The notes beneath the pieces are model-generated. The model was not told the DNA's origin. It saw only the letters and a list, made by a program, of their open reading frames with translations, and ran no database searches. A stretch of DNA of 64,000 nt from Caulobacteraceae bacterium (GTDB lineage Bacteria; Pseudomonadota; Alphaproteobacteria; Caulobacterales; Caulobacteraceae): contig CBDIQV010000005.1 of the NCBI GenBank assembly GCA_965284055.1, forward strand, positions 268,745 to 332,744, read 5' to 3'. Positions within the stretch are counted from its first letter, which is position 1; each line of letters opens with the position of its first letter. Shown in pieces: positions 46,518 to 60,476 of the stretch. Both the position numbers and the translations under genes were made by a program.

Positions 46518-47943
46518 AGGCCGCTGCGGCGGCCTTGGCGGCCGGGTCTAGCCAGATCAGCGCGATCAGCACCACCGGGAAGGAGAAAGCCGCGGCGGCG
46601 AAGGCGACGGCGCGGGCGGCCGGAGCCGGCGCGTCGACAGGGCCGGTCGGAGCATCAAACCACATCGTCTTGATCAGGCGCAGGTAATAGAAGGCCGCGA
46701 CCACGCTGCCGACCAGGCCAAGCACGGCCGCCCACTGCATCATCACGTCGCCCGTGCCGAGCGCAGCCTTGAAGACGTAAAACTTCGACCAGAAGCCCGA
46801 GAACGGCGGCAGGCCCAGGGCCGACAGCGAGAACGCCGTCATGGCCACGGCCACGCCCGGACGTTCCTTCACCAGGCCGGCCATGTCTTCGATGGTCTCC
46901 ATCGGCTTGCCGTCGCGGGTCAGGGCCTGCAGGCAGGCGAAGAAGCCGGTGACGTCGACCATGTAGAGGATCATGAAGACCAGCATGGCGTGCAGGCCAA
47001 CTTCACCGCCGGTGGCGACGCCAAGCAGGGCGTAACCGACATTGGCGATCGAGCTATAGGCCCACAAACGCTTCAGATTGCTCTGGGCCAGACCGGCGAA
47101 CGCGCCGACGAAGACCGAAATCAGCGAAGCGATGATCAGGATCTGACGCCATTGGGCGACCGAGTCCGGAAAGGCGTCGCCCAGGACCCGGGCGAACATC
47201 ATCATGGCCGCCAGCTTCGGCGCGGCGGCGAAGAAGCCGACCACCGGGGTGGGGGCGCCTTCATAGACGTCCGGCGTCCACATGTGGAACGGCGCGGCCG
47301 AGACCTTGAAGGCAAGGCCGCAGATCAGGAACACCAGGCCAAACAGCAGGCCCACGCCATGCGTCCCGTGGGCGGCGGCGGCGATCTCCGAGAAACGGGT
47401 CGAGCCGGCGAAGCCGTAGATCAGCGATGAGCCGTACAGCAGCAGACCCGACGACAGGGCGCCCAGCACGAAATACTTCAGGCCGGCTTCCGAAGCCTTG
47501 GCGTCGTCACGGCGGAAGGCCGCCAGGACGTACAGCGCCAGGGATTGCAGCTCGACGCCCATATAGAGGCTGATCAGGTCGCCGGCCGAGGCGGTGACGC
47601 CCATGCCCAGGGCGGCCAGGATCACCAGCACAGCATATTCGAACTTCTGGTCTTTGCGCTGGGCCAGCCAGCGGTCGCCCAGCACGATGCCGACGGCGCT
47701 GGAGATGAAGATCGCCACCTTGGCATAGGTGGCTGCGGCGTCGGCTGAATAGACGCCGTTGAAGGCATGCCCATGCGGACCGATCACCGAAGCCACGGCC
47801 GCCGCAACCAGCGCCGCGACGCTGGCCAGCGTAAAGGCAGGCGTCACCTTACCCTGGAAGGCGCCCCAGACCAGCAGGACGAGGGCTGAGACCGCGAGGA
47901 TGAACTCGGGCAGGATCAGCGAAAAATTGGCTGAAAACGTCAT
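46504..47943 (-). CDS. nuoN: NADH-quinone oxidoreductase subunit N
   Basis: Lies in ORF 46504..47982, with the probable start M14 (MTFSANFSLILPEF). It is a multi-TM antiporter-like subunit and the last gene of the nuo operon. Confidence 0.9.
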   Translation of the reverse strand: MTFSANFSLILPEFILAVSALVLLVWGAFQGKVTPAFTLASVAALVAAAVASVIGPHGHAFNGVYSADAAATYAKVAIFISSAVGIVLGDRWLAQRKDQKFEYAVLVILAALGMGVTASAGDLISLYMGVELQSLALYVLAAFRRDDAKASEAGLKYFVLGALSSGLLLYGSSLIYGFAGSTRFSEIAAAAHGTHGVGLLFGLVFLICGLAFKVSAAPFHMWTPDVYEGAPTPVVGFFAAAPKLAAMMMFARVLGDAFPDSVAQWRQILIIASLISVFVGAFAGLAQSNLKRLWAYSSIANVGYALLGVATGGEVGLHAMLVFMILYMVDVTGFFACLQALTRDGKPMETIEDMAGLVKERPGVAVAMTAFSLSALGLPPFSGFWSKFYVFKAALGTGDVMMQWAAVLGLVGSVVAAFYYLRLIKTMWFDAPTGPVDAPAPAARAVAFAAAAFSFPVVLIALIWLDPAAKAAAAAFGHA

Positions 47944-47950
47944 CAGTCCC

Positions 47951-49435
47951 TCACCCGCCCACGGCGGCGCGCCAGGCGCCAACCAGCGCGTCGACGGACG
48001 ACGCGGTCAGGTTAAACACGAAATTCGGATAGATCCCCAGGACCAGGGTCGAGATGATCAGCGGTGCGAAGATCAGGATCTCGCGCTTGTCGAGATCGGT
48101 GATCGTCTTGAGCTCCGGATTGACGATCTCGCCGAACATGACCCGGCGATACAGGCTCAGAGCGTAGACCGCCGAGAAGATCACGCCGCTGGCGGCCACC
48201 AGCGCGGTCCAGGTCGAGGCCTTATAGGCGCCGGTCATGGTCAGGATTTCACCGACAAAGCCCGAGGTGCCCGGAAGGCCGACATTGCCCATGGTGAACA
48301 GCATGAAGGTCGCGGCGTACCACGGCATGCGGTTGGTCAGGCCGCCGTAGAAGGCGATCTCGCGGGTGTGCATGCGGTCATAGACCACGCCGACGCAGAG
48401 GAAGAGCGCGCCGGAGATCACCCCATGGCTCAGCATCTGGAAAATCGCGCCCTGCTCGCCCGCGACGTTGCCCGAGAAGATGCCCATGGTCACGAAGCCC
48501 ATGTGGGCGACCGATGAATAGGCGATCAGCTTCTTGATGTCGGTCTGACGGAAGGCGACCAGCGAAGTGTAGACGATGGCGATCACCGACATCGCGAACA
48601 CCAGCGGCTGGAACAGCTCCGAGGCGTTGGGGAACATCGGCAGGCTGAAGCGCATGAAGCCGTAGCCGCCCATCTTCAGCAGGATACCCGCCAGGATGAC
48701 CGAACCGGCCGTCGGCGCCTCGACGTGGGCGTCAGGCAGCCAGGTGTGGACCGGCCACATCGGCATCTTCACCGCGAACGAGGCGAAGAAGGCCAGCCAG
48801 AGCCAAGTCTGCAGCCACGGCGCAAACTTGTAGTGCATCAGGTCAGGGATCGACGAGGTGCCCGAGATCGAGATCATCGCCAGGATCGCCGCCAGCATCA
48901 GCACCGAGCCGAGCAGCGTGTAGAGGAAGAACTTGTAGGCCGCGTAGACGCGACGCTTGCCGCCCCAGATCCCGATGATCAGGAACATGGGCACCAGGCC
49001 GCCTTCGAAGAACAGGTAGAAGAGGATCAGGTCCAGCGCGCAGAACACGCCGATGACCAGGGTCTCCAGCACCAGGAAGCAGATCATGTATTCCACGATC
49101 CGCTTGTCGATCGACTTCCAGCTGGCGATCACGCAGATCGGCAGCAGGAACGCGGTCAGCAACACGAACAGGATCGAGATCCCGTCCACGCCCATGCGGT
49201 AGTGCAGGCCCGCGAACCAGGCCACGTCTTCCACGAACTGGAAGCCGGGGTTCTTGGCGTCGAACTGGGCGACAAGCAGGATCGAGAGCGCGAACGTCAC
49301 CAGGGTGGTCGCCAGGGCGATCCACTTGGCCAGGTTGTCGGTCGAGGCGTTGTCGCCCTTGATCGCGCGGACCGCCAGCAGAATGGCGACGCCGGCGAGC
49401 GGGGCGAAGGTGGTGAGGCTGAGAAGGCCGCTCAT
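47951..49435 (-). CDS. nuoM: NADH-quinone oxidoreductase subunit M
   Basis: Lies in ORF 47951..49453, with the probable start M7. It is an intact antiporter-like subunit. Confidence 0.9.
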   Translation of the reverse strand: MSGLLSLTTFAPLAGVAILLAVRAIKGDNASTDNLAKWIALATTLVTFALSILLVAQFDAKNPGFQFVEDVAWFAGLHYRMGVDGISILFVLLTAFLLPICVIASWKSIDKRIVEYMICFLVLETLVIGVFCALDLILFYLFFEGGLVPMFLIIGIWGGKRRVYAAYKFFLYTLLGSVLMLAAILAMISISGTSSIPDLMHYKFAPWLQTWLWLAFFASFAVKMPMWPVHTWLPDAHVEAPTAGSVILAGILLKMGGYGFMRFSLPMFPNASELFQPLVFAMSVIAIVYTSLVAFRQTDIKKLIAYSSVAHMGFVTMGIFSGNVAGEQGAIFQMLSHGVISGALFLCVGVVYDRMHTREIAFYGGLTNRMPWYAATFMLFTMGNVGLPGTSGFVGEILTMTGAYKASTWTALVAASGVIFSAVYALSLYRRVMFGEIVNPELKTITDLDKREILIFAPLIISTLVLGIYPNFVFNLTASSVDALVGAWRAAVGG

Positions 49436-49449
49436 AAGCTCCGTCCCCC

Positions 49450-51533
<2,084 letters not shown>

Positions 51534-51541
51534 GACGTCGC

Positions 51542-51847
51542 TTAGCCCTTCATCATGCTGGCGTCGTCAACCGCGATGTCGCCGCGGTTTCGGAAGAAGG
51601 TGACGAGAATGGCCAGGCCGACGGCCGCCTCAGCGGCGGCCACGGTCAGCACGAACATCGCGAAGATCTGGCCGACCACGTCGTGCAGATAGACCGAGAA
51701 GGCGACGAGATTGATGTTCACCGCCAGCAGGATCAGTTCCACCGACATCAGGATGACGATGATGTTCTTGCGGTTCACGAAGATGCCGAAGACCCCGATC
51801 GTGAAGAGGATCGCGGCGACCACGAGATAGTGCGACAGGCCGATCAT
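51542..51847 (-). CDS. nuoK: NADH-quinone oxidoreductase subunit K
   Basis: Intact 101-aa three-TM ORF. Confidence 0.9.
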   Translation of the reverse strand: MIGLSHYLVVAAILFTIGVFGIFVNRKNIIVILMSVELILLAVNINLVAFSVYLHDVVGQIFAMFVLTVAAAEAAVGLAILVTFFRNRGDIAVDDASMMKG

Positions 51848-52461
51848 TCGGAGATCCCCTCACCCGGCTTGATCTGAACCAGTTCCATCCCGGTCTTGGG
51901 CGAACGGGCGACTTGCTTGCCGATGTCCTGGCGCTTGACGCCCGGCTTGTGGCGCAGGGTCAGGACGATGGCCCCGATCATGGCGACCAGCAGGACCAGG
52001 CCCGCCATCTGGAAGAAGAAGACGTAGTCCGTGTAGAGCACCCGGCCGATCGCCTCGGTGTTGCTCACGCCCTCGGGCGAAGCCATCGGCGCGGCGTTCT
52101 TGCCGGCGGCGCCGTTGGTGGCGACCGAGGCGGCGACGAAGATCATCTCCAGCGTCAGCACGCCGGCCACCAGACCGCCGACCGGCAGGTACTGGGCGAA
52201 GCCCTTGCGCAGTTCCTCGAAGTCGACGTCCAGCATCATGACGACGAACAGGAACAGCACCGCGACCGCGCCCACATAGACGACGATCAGCAGCATCGCG
52301 AGGAACTCCGCGCCCAGCAGGACGAAGAGGCCCGCAGCCGAGAAGAAGGCGGTGATCAGGAAGAGCACCGAGTGCACGGGGTTACGCGCCGACACGACGA
52401 GAAGACCCGCCGCCAGCGTTATGAAACCCAGCAAATAGAAAGCGATCGCCTGCAAGGCCAT
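51844..52461 (-). CDS. nuoJ: NADH-quinone oxidoreductase subunit J
   Basis: Lies in ORF 51844..52494, with the probable start M12 ([13 protein letters not shown]). Confidence 0.9.
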   Translation of the reverse strand: MALQAIAFYLLGFITLAAGLLVVSARNPVHSVLFLITAFFSAAGLFVLLGAEFLAMLLIVVYVGAVAVLFLFVVMMLDVDFEELRKGFAQYLPVGGLVAGVLTLEMIFVAASVATNGAAGKNAAPMASPEGVSNTEAIGRVLYTDYVFFFQMAGLVLLVAMIGAIVLTLRHKPGVKRQDIGKQVARSPKTGMELVQIKPGEGISE

Positions 52462-52544
52462 TGGCCCAGGTGCTCCCCTGAAAACTATATCCATGACGAC
52501 ATCGCCGTGTGGCGCGTCGCCCCCTTCGGATTCGCCGCCCGTCT

Positions 52545-53045
52545 TTAGCGGTAGGGCGCGTCCAACTCCAGATTCTTCGCGATCAGGCGTTCCCAGCGGT
52601 CGCCGTTATCGAGAAGACGTTCCTTGTCGTAATAGAGCTCTTCGCGCGTTTCGGTCGCGAACTCGGTGTTCGGACCTTCCACGATGGCGTCTACCGGGCA
52701 GGCCTCCTGGCACAGGCCGCAGTAGATGCACTTGACCATGTCGATGTCGTAGCGGGTCGTACGGCGGCTGCCGTCCTCGCGCGGTTCGGCCTCGATGGTG
52801 ATAGCCTGGGCGGGGCAGATGGCCTCGCACAGCTTGCACGCGATGCAGCGCTCCTCGCCCGACGGATAGCGGCGCAGGGCGTGCTCGCCCCGGAAGCGCG
52901 GCGACTGCGGATTGCGCTCGTTCGGATAGATGACGGTCTTCTTCGGCGCGACCATGTATTTCATGGCCAGACCGAAGGCGTTGGCGAAGTCGAGAAGGGC
53001 CGCGCCCTTAATCGCCTGGGAAATGCGTTGCATCATGGCCGTCAA
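52545..53045 (-). CDS. nuoI: NADH-quinone oxidoreductase subunit I (2x[4Fe-4S] ferredoxin)
   Basis: 166-aa ORF with two CxxCxxCxxxCP motifs ([24 protein letters not shown]). Confidence 0.95.
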   Translation of the reverse strand: MTAMMQRISQAIKGAALLDFANAFGLAMKYMVAPKKTVIYPNERNPQSPRFRGEHALRRYPSGEERCIACKLCEAICPAQAITIEAEPREDGSRRTTRYDIDMVKCIYCGLCQEACPVDAIVEGPNTEFATETREELYYDKERLLDNGDRWERLIAKNLELDAPYR

Positions 53046-53281
53046 TCACCCTTCGGAATGACGCAGGTGTAGTTTGAAAGCTGGGCGGGATCTCCCCCGT
53101 CCTGCTTGGCTTGCAGCACCCCGCCGTCGGCCCTGCACTTGTCGCCGGCCCGGCGGAGTTCGTCATAGTTCACGATGCCTCGCCCCAGCGAGTAGGACTT
53201 GCCCGACGCATCATCGGTGGCGCAGGCCGCCAGCGATGCGAGGGCGAGACCCGTCAGGGCCAGGGCGAAAGCGCGGCTCAT
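53042..53281 (-). CDS. small lipoprotein of unknown function inserted between nuoH and nuoI
   Basis: Lies in ORF 53042..53308. The probable start M10 (53281) overlaps the nuoH stop. It has a lipobox LASLAAC and two further Cys, and its stop overlaps the nuoI start. Confidence 0.6.
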   Translation of the reverse strand: MSRAFALALTGLALASLAACATDDASGKSYSLGRGIVNYDELRRAGDKCRADGGVLQAKQDGGDPAQLSNYTCVIPKGD

Positions 53282-54351
53282 CAGGCGGCCGGACCAAACA
53301 CGCGCCACGCGGCGACCAGCGCGACCAGAACCAGCGAAGTCGGGAGGAACACCTTCCAGCCCAGACGCATCAGTTGGTCATAGCGGTAGCGGGGCACGAT
53401 GGCCTTGGCCATGGCGATCATGAAGAACCAGAAACAGATCTTGGCGAAGAACACCAAGGCAAGGAACAGATTACCCCACCAGCCCCAGCTCTCCAGGAAG
53501 GCCGTCGGAAAACCCGGGTTCCAGCCACCGAAGAACAGGACGCTGATCATCGCGCACATCAGGACGATGTTCGAATATTCGGCGACCATGAAGAGCAGGT
53601 ACGGGGTCGAGCTGTACTCGACCTGATAGCCGGCCACGAGTTCGGATTCGGCTTCCGGAAGGTCGAACGGAGGGCGGTTCGTTTCGGCCAGGGCCGAGAT
53701 GTAGAACATGCCCATCGCCATCACCATGACCGGCAGCAGGACGATGTTCTTGAGGCCACCGCCGCCGAACACGTTCCAGTTCCAGATCCAGCCGGACTGC
53801 TTCTCGACGATGGTCGACAGGTTCATCGAACCGGCCAGCAGGATCACCGTGATGATGATCAGGCCGATCGAGACTTCATACGACACCATCTGCGCCGCAG
53901 AACGCAGGGCGCCCAGGAACGGATACTTCGAGTTCGAAGCCCAGCCGCCCATGATGATGCCATAGACACCCAGCGAGCTCATGGCGAGCAGGTAGAGGAT
54001 ACCCACGTTCAGGTTGGACACCACCCAGCCCGGCGCGAACGGAATAGCCGCCCAACCCACGAAGGCCAGAACCAGGCTGAGCAGCGGCGCGAGGATGAAC
54101 ACTACCTTGTCGGCGCCGGCCGGGATGATGATTTCCTTCAGCACGAACTTGAAGAAGTCGGCGAAGGACTGCAGCAGGCCGAACGGACCCACCACGTTGG
54201 GTCCCTTGCGCATCTGAACGCCGGCCCAGATCTTGCGGTCGGCCAGCAGCAGGAACGCCAGGCTCAGCAGCACCCAGATCACGACCAGCAGGACGCCGCC
54301 CGTCGTCAGAAGGGTCCAGGTCACGGCGGGGTTGGAGAAGAAAGCGCTCAT
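53281..54351 (-). CDS. nuoH: NADH-quinone oxidoreductase subunit H
   Basis: Intact 356-aa multi-TM ORF. Confidence 0.95.
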   Translation of the reverse strand: MSAFFSNPAVTWTLLTTGGVLLVVIWVLLSLAFLLLADRKIWAGVQMRKGPNVVGPFGLLQSFADFFKFVLKEIIIPAGADKVVFILAPLLSLVLAFVGWAAIPFAPGWVVSNLNVGILYLLAMSSLGVYGIIMGGWASNSKYPFLGALRSAAQMVSYEVSIGLIIITVILLAGSMNLSTIVEKQSGWIWNWNVFGGGGLKNIVLLPVMVMAMGMFYISALAETNRPPFDLPEAESELVAGYQVEYSSTPYLLFMVAEYSNIVLMCAMISVLFFGGWNPGFPTAFLESWGWWGNLFLALVFFAKICFWFFMIAMAKAIVPRYRYDQLMRLGWKVFLPTSLVLVALVAAWRVFGPAA

Positions 54352-54355
54352 CGGC

Positions 54356-56416
54356 CTACTCCGCCGCGATCTTGGCGGCGCCGGAGACGACAGCCGCGCA
54401 TTCGGCCATGGTCACGCTGGCGCGCGCGATGGGATTGGTCAGGTGGAAGGCCTTGATGGCGTTCTCGAACGGCGTGTCGGCCAGTTCGCCGGCGCCGCCC
54501 ACGGCCGCGAGGTCGAACACGGCCGGGATCGAGCCCGGCGCGTAGTCGATCTGGCCGAAGGTCGGGTGGTCGGCGAACAGCTTGGCGCGCAGTTGGTCCA
54601 GGCTGTCATAGGGCAGCTTGTGGCCCAGGATCTCGGACAGAGCCCGCAGGATCGACCAGTCTTCCTTGGCCTCGCCCTTCGGGAACACCGCCCGTTCACC
54701 CATCTGGACGCGGCCTTCGGTGTTCACATAGAGGCCGTTCTTCTCGGTATAGGCCGCGCCCGGCAGGATCACGTCCGCCTTGTGCGCGCCGTTGTCGCCG
54801 TGCGTGCCCAGATAGATCTTGAAGGCGTCGGAAGCCGCCGTTTCGCACTCGTCCGCGCCCAGCAGGAATAGAACGTCCAGCGCGCCCGGCTTCAGCATCT
54901 GGCCGGCGGTCAGGCCGCCTTCGGTGGGAAGGAAGCCCATGTCGAGCCCGGCGACGCGCGAGGCGGCCGTGTGCAGCACGTTCCAGCCGTTCCAGCCGGC
55001 CTTCACGACGTTGAACGCCTTGGCCACGCCGGCCGCCGCCTTCAGCACTGCTGCGCCGTCGGCGCGGGTCAGCGCGCCCTGGCCGATGATGATCGCGGGG
55101 CGTTCGGCGTTCTTCAGCGCGGTGACGAAGTCGGACTTGCTCTTGGCCAGTCCCGACAGGGTCTTGGAGCCCGCGCCGAGATAGTCGTAGTCGTAGGTCA
55201 GGTCGCCCTGCTCGCCGATCACACCGACGCGGACCTTGCCAGCCAGCCACTGCTTGCGCAGGCGGGTGTTGAGCACCGGGGCCTCGAGGCGCGGGTTCGT
55301 ACCGACCAGCAGCACGACGTCGGCGTTTTCCAGGCCGGCGATGGTCGAATTGAACAGCCAGCTCTCGCGCGGACCGTCGCCCAGCGCCACGCCGTCCTGG
55401 CGCGCGTCGAGGTTCTTCACGCCCAGGGCGGTGAAGAGGTCCTTGGTGGCCTTCAGGCTTTCGGCGTCCTGCAGGTCGCCGGCGATGACGCCGATGCGAT
55501 CAGCCGAAGTCGCCTTGATCTTCTCGGCCACGGCCGCGAAGGCCTGACCCCAGGTCGCCGGCTGCAGACGGCCGCCGACGCGGACGTAAGGACGGTCGAG
55601 GCGCTGGCGCTGCAGGCCATCGACGGCGTAGCGCGTCTTGTCGGAGATCCACTCCTCGTTCACGTCCTCGTTGACGCGCGGCAGAACGCGGAGCACCGCA
55701 GCCGCGCGGCTGTCGATGCGGATCGCCGAGCCCAGCGCGTCCATGACGTCGATGCTCTCGGTCTTCTTCAGTTCCCAGGGCCGCGCCTCGAAGGCGTAGG
55801 GCTTGGAGGTCAGGGCGCCGACCGGGCAGAGGTCGATGACATTGGCCGACAGCTCGGAAGTCACCGCCGCGCCCAGATAGGTCGTGATTTCAACGTCTTC
55901 GCCGCGCGAGATCAGGCCGATTTCCGGCGAGCCGGCGACTTCGGTGATGAAGCGAACGCAGCGCGTGCACTGGATGCAGCGCGTCATCACGGTCTTGATG
56001 AGCGGGCCCATCGCCTTTTCTTCGACCGCGCGCTTGTTCTCTTCATAGCGGCTGTCGTCGCGGCCATAGCCCATGGCCTGATCCTGCAGATCGCACTCGC
56101 CGCCCTGGTCGCAGATCGGGCAATCCAGAGGGTGGTTGATGAGGAGGAACTCCATCACCCCTTCGCGGGCCTTCTTGACCATCGGGGTCTTGGTGAAGAT
56201 CTCCTGGCCCTCGGCGGCCGGCAAGGCGCACGACGCCTGCGGCTTCGGCGGACCAGGCTTAACCTCGACCAAGCACATCCGGCAGTTGCCAGCGATGCTG
56301 AGACGCTCGTGATAGCAGAAGCGCGGGATCTCTTCCCCGGCCAGTTCCGCGACCTGCAGAACCGTCATGCCGGGCTCGAACTCGACCTCGACGCCGTTGA
56401 CCTTGGCGATAGCCAT
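54356..56416 (-). CDS. nuoG: NADH-quinone oxidoreductase subunit G
   Basis: Intact 686-aa ORF with N-terminal 2Fe-2S/4Fe-4S Cys clusters ([25 protein letters not shown]). Confidence 0.95.
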   Translation of the reverse strand: MAIAKVNGVEVEFEPGMTVLQVAELAGEEIPRFCYHERLSIAGNCRMCLVEVKPGPPKPQASCALPAAEGQEIFTKTPMVKKAREGVMEFLLINHPLDCPICDQGGECDLQDQAMGYGRDDSRYEENKRAVEEKAMGPLIKTVMTRCIQCTRCVRFITEVAGSPEIGLISRGEDVEITTYLGAAVTSELSANVIDLCPVGALTSKPYAFEARPWELKKTESIDVMDALGSAIRIDSRAAAVLRVLPRVNEDVNEEWISDKTRYAVDGLQRQRLDRPYVRVGGRLQPATWGQAFAAVAEKIKATSADRIGVIAGDLQDAESLKATKDLFTALGVKNLDARQDGVALGDGPRESWLFNSTIAGLENADVVLLVGTNPRLEAPVLNTRLRKQWLAGKVRVGVIGEQGDLTYDYDYLGAGSKTLSGLAKSKSDFVTALKNAERPAIIIGQGALTRADGAAVLKAAAGVAKAFNVVKAGWNGWNVLHTAASRVAGLDMGFLPTEGGLTAGQMLKPGALDVLFLLGADECETAASDAFKIYLGTHGDNGAHKADVILPGAAYTEKNGLYVNTEGRVQMGERAVFPKGEAKEDWSILRALSEILGHKLPYDSLDQLRAKLFADHPTFGQIDYAPGSIPAVFDLAAVGGAGELADTPFENAIKAFHLTNPIARASVTMAECAAVVSGAAKIAAE

Positions 56417-56421
56417 GCTTG

Positions 56422-57741
56422 TTACTCCGCCGCGATCAGCTTGGCGCCCTGCACGTGCAGGCGACCGCTACGATAGGATGCGATCCGGTCCTCCACCTCG
56501 TGGCGGAAGTGGCGGAACAGGCCCTGGATCGGCCAGGCGGCCGCGTCGCCAAGGGCGCAGATGGTGTGACCCTCGACTTGGGTCGTGACGTCCAGCAGGG
56601 TGTCGATCTCTTTGGGATCGGCCTCGCCGGTGGCCATACGCTCCATGACCCGCCACATCCAGCCGGTGCCTTCGCGGCACGGCGTGCACTGGCCGCAGCT
56701 CTCGTGCTTGTAGAAGTACGAGAGACGGGCGATGGCGCGGACCAGGTCGGTGGACTTGTCCATGACGATGACGGCCGCGGTGCCGAGACCCGAGCGCAGG
56801 TTGCGCAGGGCGTCGAAGTCCATGGGCAGGTCTTCGCACTGCTCGGCCGGGATCATCGGCACGGACGAGCCGCCCGGGATGACGGCCTTCAGGTTGCCCC
56901 AGCCGCCGCGAATGCCGCCGCAGTGGTCTTCCATCAGCTGGCGGAACGGAATGCTCATCGCCTCTTCGACGTTGCAGGGCGTGTTTACATGCCCGCTGAC
57001 GCAGAACAGCTTGGTGCCGGCGTTGTTGGGACGGCCAAAACCGGCGAACCAGGCCGCGCCGCGACGCAGGATCGTGCCGGCGACGGCGATGCTCTCGACG
57101 TTGTTGACCGTGGTGGGCATGCCATAGAGGCCCGCGCCGGCCGGGAACGGCGGCTTCAGGCGGGGTTGGCCCTTCTTGCCTTCCAGGCTTTCCAGCAGGG
57201 CCGTCTCTTCGCCGCAGATATAGGCGCCGGCGCCGTGATGGACGTAGAGATCGAAATCCCAGCCGTGGATATTGTTCTTGCCGATCAGCTTGGCCTCGTA
57301 GGCCTGCTTGATGGCGGCTTCCAGCACTTCGCGCTCGCGGACATATTCGCCGCGAATATAGATGTAGCAGGCGTGGGCCAGCATGGCGCGCGAGGCGATA
57401 AGGCAGCCCTCGATCAGGAGGTGCGGATCATGCCGCATGATCTCCCGGTCCTTGCAGGTGCCGGGCTCGGATTCGTCGGCGTTGACGACCAGATAGTGCG
57501 GACGACCGTCCTTCACTTCCTTGGGCATGAACGACCACTTCAGGCCGGTGCCGAAGCCCGCCCCGCCCCGGCCGCGCAGGCCGGAGTTCTTCATGTTGTC
57601 GATGATCCAGTCGCGACCCGCGTCCAGGATGTCCTTGGTGCCATTCCAGCAGCCGCGCTTCTTCGCGCCTTCCAGGCCCCAATCATGGAGACCGTAGAGG
57701 TTCGTGAAGATGCGGTCCTTGTCTTCGAGGATACCGACCAT
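56422..57741 (-). CDS. nuoF: NADH-quinone oxidoreductase subunit F
   Basis: Intact 439-aa ORF with the FMN/NADH site [10 protein letters not shown] and the [12 protein letters not shown] cluster motif. Confidence 0.95.
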   Translation of the reverse strand: MVGILEDKDRIFTNLYGLHDWGLEGAKKRGCWNGTKDILDAGRDWIIDNMKNSGLRGRGGAGFGTGLKWSFMPKEVKDGRPHYLVVNADESEPGTCKDREIMRHDPHLLIEGCLIASRAMLAHACYIYIRGEYVREREVLEAAIKQAYEAKLIGKNNIHGWDFDLYVHHGAGAYICGEETALLESLEGKKGQPRLKPPFPAGAGLYGMPTTVNNVESIAVAGTILRRGAAWFAGFGRPNNAGTKLFCVSGHVNTPCNVEEAMSIPFRQLMEDHCGGIRGGWGNLKAVIPGGSSVPMIPAEQCEDLPMDFDALRNLRSGLGTAAVIVMDKSTDLVRAIARLSYFYKHESCGQCTPCREGTGWMWRVMERMATGEADPKEIDTLLDVTTQVEGHTICALGDAAAWPIQGLFRHFRHEVEDRIASYRSGRLHVQGAKLIAAE

Positions 57742-57744
57742 GAC

Positions 57745-58011
57745 TCAGCTTTGCGGATCGAAAGGGTGGGCGCGGACATAGCGTGTCCGACGGACGATGA
57801 CATAGGCGAAAAGCAACCAACCGGCCGCAATCGTAACAAGACCGGCGACAACGGCCCATTGCGGCGCGCCGACGACGGTTCTGCCCCAGATCAGGAGCAG
57901 GGCGCCGAGCAGGCAGGCCGCGAAGCCGATACCGCGTTCACGGCGGCCAAGGCTCCGAATCGTATCGGCATAGGCCGCGCGACGGGTGTTGAGGGCGCTG
58001 TCGTCGATCAT
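57745..58011 (-). CDS. 88-aa two-TM protein of unknown function within the nuo operon
   Basis: The ORF is tightly packed. Its stop is 3 nt before the nuoF ATG and its start overlaps the upstream ORF stop by 4 nt. It has two hydrophobic helices. Confidence 0.55.
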   Translation of the reverse strand: MIDDSALNTRRAAYADTIRSLGRRERGIGFAACLLGALLLIWGRTVVGAPQWAVVAGLVTIAAGWLLFAYVIVRRTRYVRAHPFDPQS

Positions 58012-58235
58012 GACGAAGCCCCCTCTTCCGCCTTCACGGCGCGCATCCAGCCCAGAACGAACCAGATCTGCGCGCTTAGGCCGCCGGCGACCAGAACCAG
58101 GAAGGCCGGCAGAAGCCAGCTTATGCCCATGGCCACGTGACCGACGATCGCCGCGCCGGCCAGCAGGAAGCAGACCGCGTCAATGGCGAGCATCGCGGTC
58201 AGTCGCTTCTTCTGGAGGGCGGCGTCAGACGTCAT
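58008..58235 (-). CDS. 75-aa two-TM protein of unknown function within the nuo operon
   Basis: The ATG overlaps the nuoE stop. It has two hydrophobic helices. Confidence 0.55.
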   Translation of the reverse strand: MTSDAALQKKRLTAMLAIDAVCFLLAGAAIVGHVAMGISWLLPAFLVLVAGGLSAQIWFVLGWMRAVKAEEGASS

Positions 58236-58921
58236 CAGGCGGCAGGCTCCGCCTTCGGGGCCTTCTTGGGCTTCTCGGGCAGGTTCGGGATCTTGATCTT
58301 CTTGGCCAGCGAGCCGTCGTACAGCTTCGGATCGGTCAGGGTCTTGATCGAGTCCTTGGGCTCCGACGCGCCACGACCGTCATAGCTGCCCGGCTGGGGC
58401 GACTTGCCGGCGGCGAAGTCGTCGAGGATCCGGGCCAGGCTCTCCGGCGTCAGGTCTTCATAGTAGTAGTCGTTGATGGCGGCCATCGGGGCGTTACAGC
58501 AGGCGCCAAGGCACTCGACCTCTTCCCAGCTGAACTTGCCGTCAGCGGAAACGTGGTTGGCCTCGCCGATCTTGTCCTTGAGCACCGCCTTGAGGTCCAG
58601 CGCGCCGCGCAGCTGGCACGGCGTAGTGCCGCACAGCTGGACGAAGGCGACCTTGCCGACCGGCTGCAGCTGGAACATCACGTAGAAGGTCGCGACTTCC
58701 AGAACCCGGATGACGGGCATGGCCAGCTGCCGGGCGATCTCCTGGATCGCGGGCTCGGAAACCCAGCCCTCCTGCTTCTGGGCCAGCCAGAGCATCGGGA
58801 TCACCGCCGACTGCTTGCGCTCGGCGGGGTACTTGGCTTTCCACCAGTCGGCCTTGGCCTGGCTGTCCTTCGAAAAGGCGAAGCTGGCGGGCTGTTCCTT
58901 GGCGAGACGACGAACGGACAT
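58235..58921 (-). CDS. nuoE: NADH-quinone oxidoreductase subunit E
   Basis: Intact 228-aa ORF with 2Fe-2S Cys motifs (CGTTPC...CLGACCNAP). Confidence 0.95.
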   Translation of the reverse strand: MSVRRLAKEQPASFAFSKDSQAKADWWKAKYPAERKQSAVIPMLWLAQKQEGWVSEPAIQEIARQLAMPVIRVLEVATFYVMFQLQPVGKVAFVQLCGTTPCQLRGALDLKAVLKDKIGEANHVSADGKFSWEEVECLGACCNAPMAAINDYYYEDLTPESLARILDDFAAGKSPQPGSYDGRGASEPKDSIKTLTDPKLYDGSLAKKIKIPNLPEKPKKAPKAEPAA

Positions 58922-58924
58922 GCG

Positions 58925-59260
58925 TCAGGCTTTCACGAAATCGACGCGGGCGATCTTGTCGCCGGCGAAGGTGTAGATGGCGGCGACCTCGAAAGGCGTC
59001 GCGTCGGGCGAGCGGAAGACCCGCTCATGGTCGATGACCTTGTTGCCGATCGCCACGCGCGACAGAAGCTCGGCGCGGTTCTCGGGAAACTGCGCGAACA
59101 GGCCGACATGACGCTCGCGGAAGGCTGCGACGCCATGCAGGTTCGGTTCGGCGTTCAGGTCGGCGACCATCATGTCGTCGGCGAAGTGCCGGCACAGCGC
59201 ATCGACGTCCTGGGCGTTGTAGGCGTCCAGCTGGGCTTGAGCGACGGCGGCGAAGGTCAC
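58925..59260 (-). CDS. NTF2/SnoaL-like fold protein of unknown function between nuoD and nuoE
   Basis: 111-aa ORF whose GTG start overlaps the nuoD TGA (GTGA). Its stop is 3 nt before the nuoE ATG. The sequence pattern is typical of NTF2-like small proteins ([12 protein letters not shown]...VIDHE...[14 protein letters not shown]). Confidence 0.6.
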   Translation of the reverse strand: MTFAAVAQAQLDAYNAQDVDALCRHFADDMMVADLNAEPNLHGVAAFRERHVGLFAQFPENRAELLSRVAIGNKVIDHERVFRSPDATPFEVAAIYTFAGDKIARVDFVKA

Positions 59261-60471
59261 CGGTCGATCTCCCCGAACACGATGTCCAGCGAACCCAGGA
59301 TCGCCGAGACGTCAGCCAGCATGTGGCCGCGATTCATCCAGTCCATCGCCGCCAGATGCGGGAAGCCCGGTGCGCGGATCTTGCAACGATACGGCTTGTT
59401 GGTGCCGTCCGAGACTACGAACACGCCGAACTCGCCCTTGGGGGCCTCGACGCAGGCATAGACCTCGCCAGCCGGCGTGCGGAAGCCTTCGGTGTAGAGC
59501 TTGAAGTGATGGATCAGGGCTTCCATCGAGCGCTTCATCTCGGCGCGGCGCGGCGGGCTGACCTTGTTGTCCTCGGTCATCACCGGGCCCGGAGTCTTGC
59601 GAAGCATCTCGCAGGCCTGACGGATGATCTTGGTCGACTCGCGCATTTCCTGCATGCGGCACAGATAGCGATCGTAGCAGTCGCCGTTCTTGCCCAGCGG
59701 GATGTCGAACTCGAACTCGTTGTAGCACTCGTAGGGCTGGTTGCGACGCAGATCCCAGGCAATGCCCGAGCCCCGCACCATCACGCCCGAGAAGCCCCAC
59801 TCGATCGCTTCCTCGCGCGTCACGACGCCGATATCGACGTTGCGTTGCTTGAAGATGCGGTTGTCGGTGATCAGGCCCTCGATATCGTCGCAGATCTTCG
59901 GGAAGGCCTTGGCCCACGTATCGATGTCTTCGATCAGTTGCGGCGGCAGGTCCTGGTGGACGCCGCCAGGGCGGAAATAGTTGGAGTGCAGACGAGCGCC
60001 GCAGGCGCGCTCGTAGAACACCATCAGCTTCTCGCGCTCCTCGAAGCCCCAGAGCGGCGGCGTCAGCGCGCCGACGTCCATCGCCTGGGTCGTCACGTTC
60101 AGCAGGTGGTTCAGGATCCGGCCGATTTCTGAATAGAGCACCCGGATCAGCGAGCCGCGGCGCGGAACCTCGACACCCAGCAGCTTCTCGATCGCCAGGC
60201 AGAACGCATGTTCCTGGTTCATCGGCGCCACATAGTCGAGGCGGTCGAAGTACGGGATGTTCTGGAGGTAGGTGCGCGCCTCCATCAGCTTCTCGGTGCC
60301 GCGATGCAGCAGGCCGATGTGCGGATCGACGCGCTCGACGATCTCGCCGTCAAGCTCCAGCACCAGACGCAGCACACCGTGCGCGGCCGGGTGTTGCGGG
60401 CCGAAGTTGATGTTGAACTTGCGAACCGGGGTTTCCGGGATCGTCGGGACGTTCGAGCCGTCGTCAGCCAT
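59257..60471 (-). CDS. nuoD: NADH-quinone oxidoreductase subunit D
   Basis: Lies in ORF 59257..60528, with the probable start M20 (MADDGSNVP). The [14 protein letters not shown] motif is present. Confidence 0.95.
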   Translation of the reverse strand: MADDGSNVPTIPETPVRKFNINFGPQHPAAHGVLRLVLELDGEIVERVDPHIGLLHRGTEKLMEARTYLQNIPYFDRLDYVAPMNQEHAFCLAIEKLLGVEVPRRGSLIRVLYSEIGRILNHLLNVTTQAMDVGALTPPLWGFEEREKLMVFYERACGARLHSNYFRPGGVHQDLPPQLIEDIDTWAKAFPKICDDIEGLITDNRIFKQRNVDIGVVTREEAIEWGFSGVMVRGSGIAWDLRRNQPYECYNEFEFDIPLGKNGDCYDRYLCRMQEMRESTKIIRQACEMLRKTPGPVMTEDNKVSPPRRAEMKRSMEALIHHFKLYTEGFRTPAGEVYACVEAPKGEFGVFVVSDGTNKPYRCKIRAPGFPHLAAMDWMNRGHMLADVSAILGSLDIVFGEIDR

Positions 60472-60476
60472 GGTCC

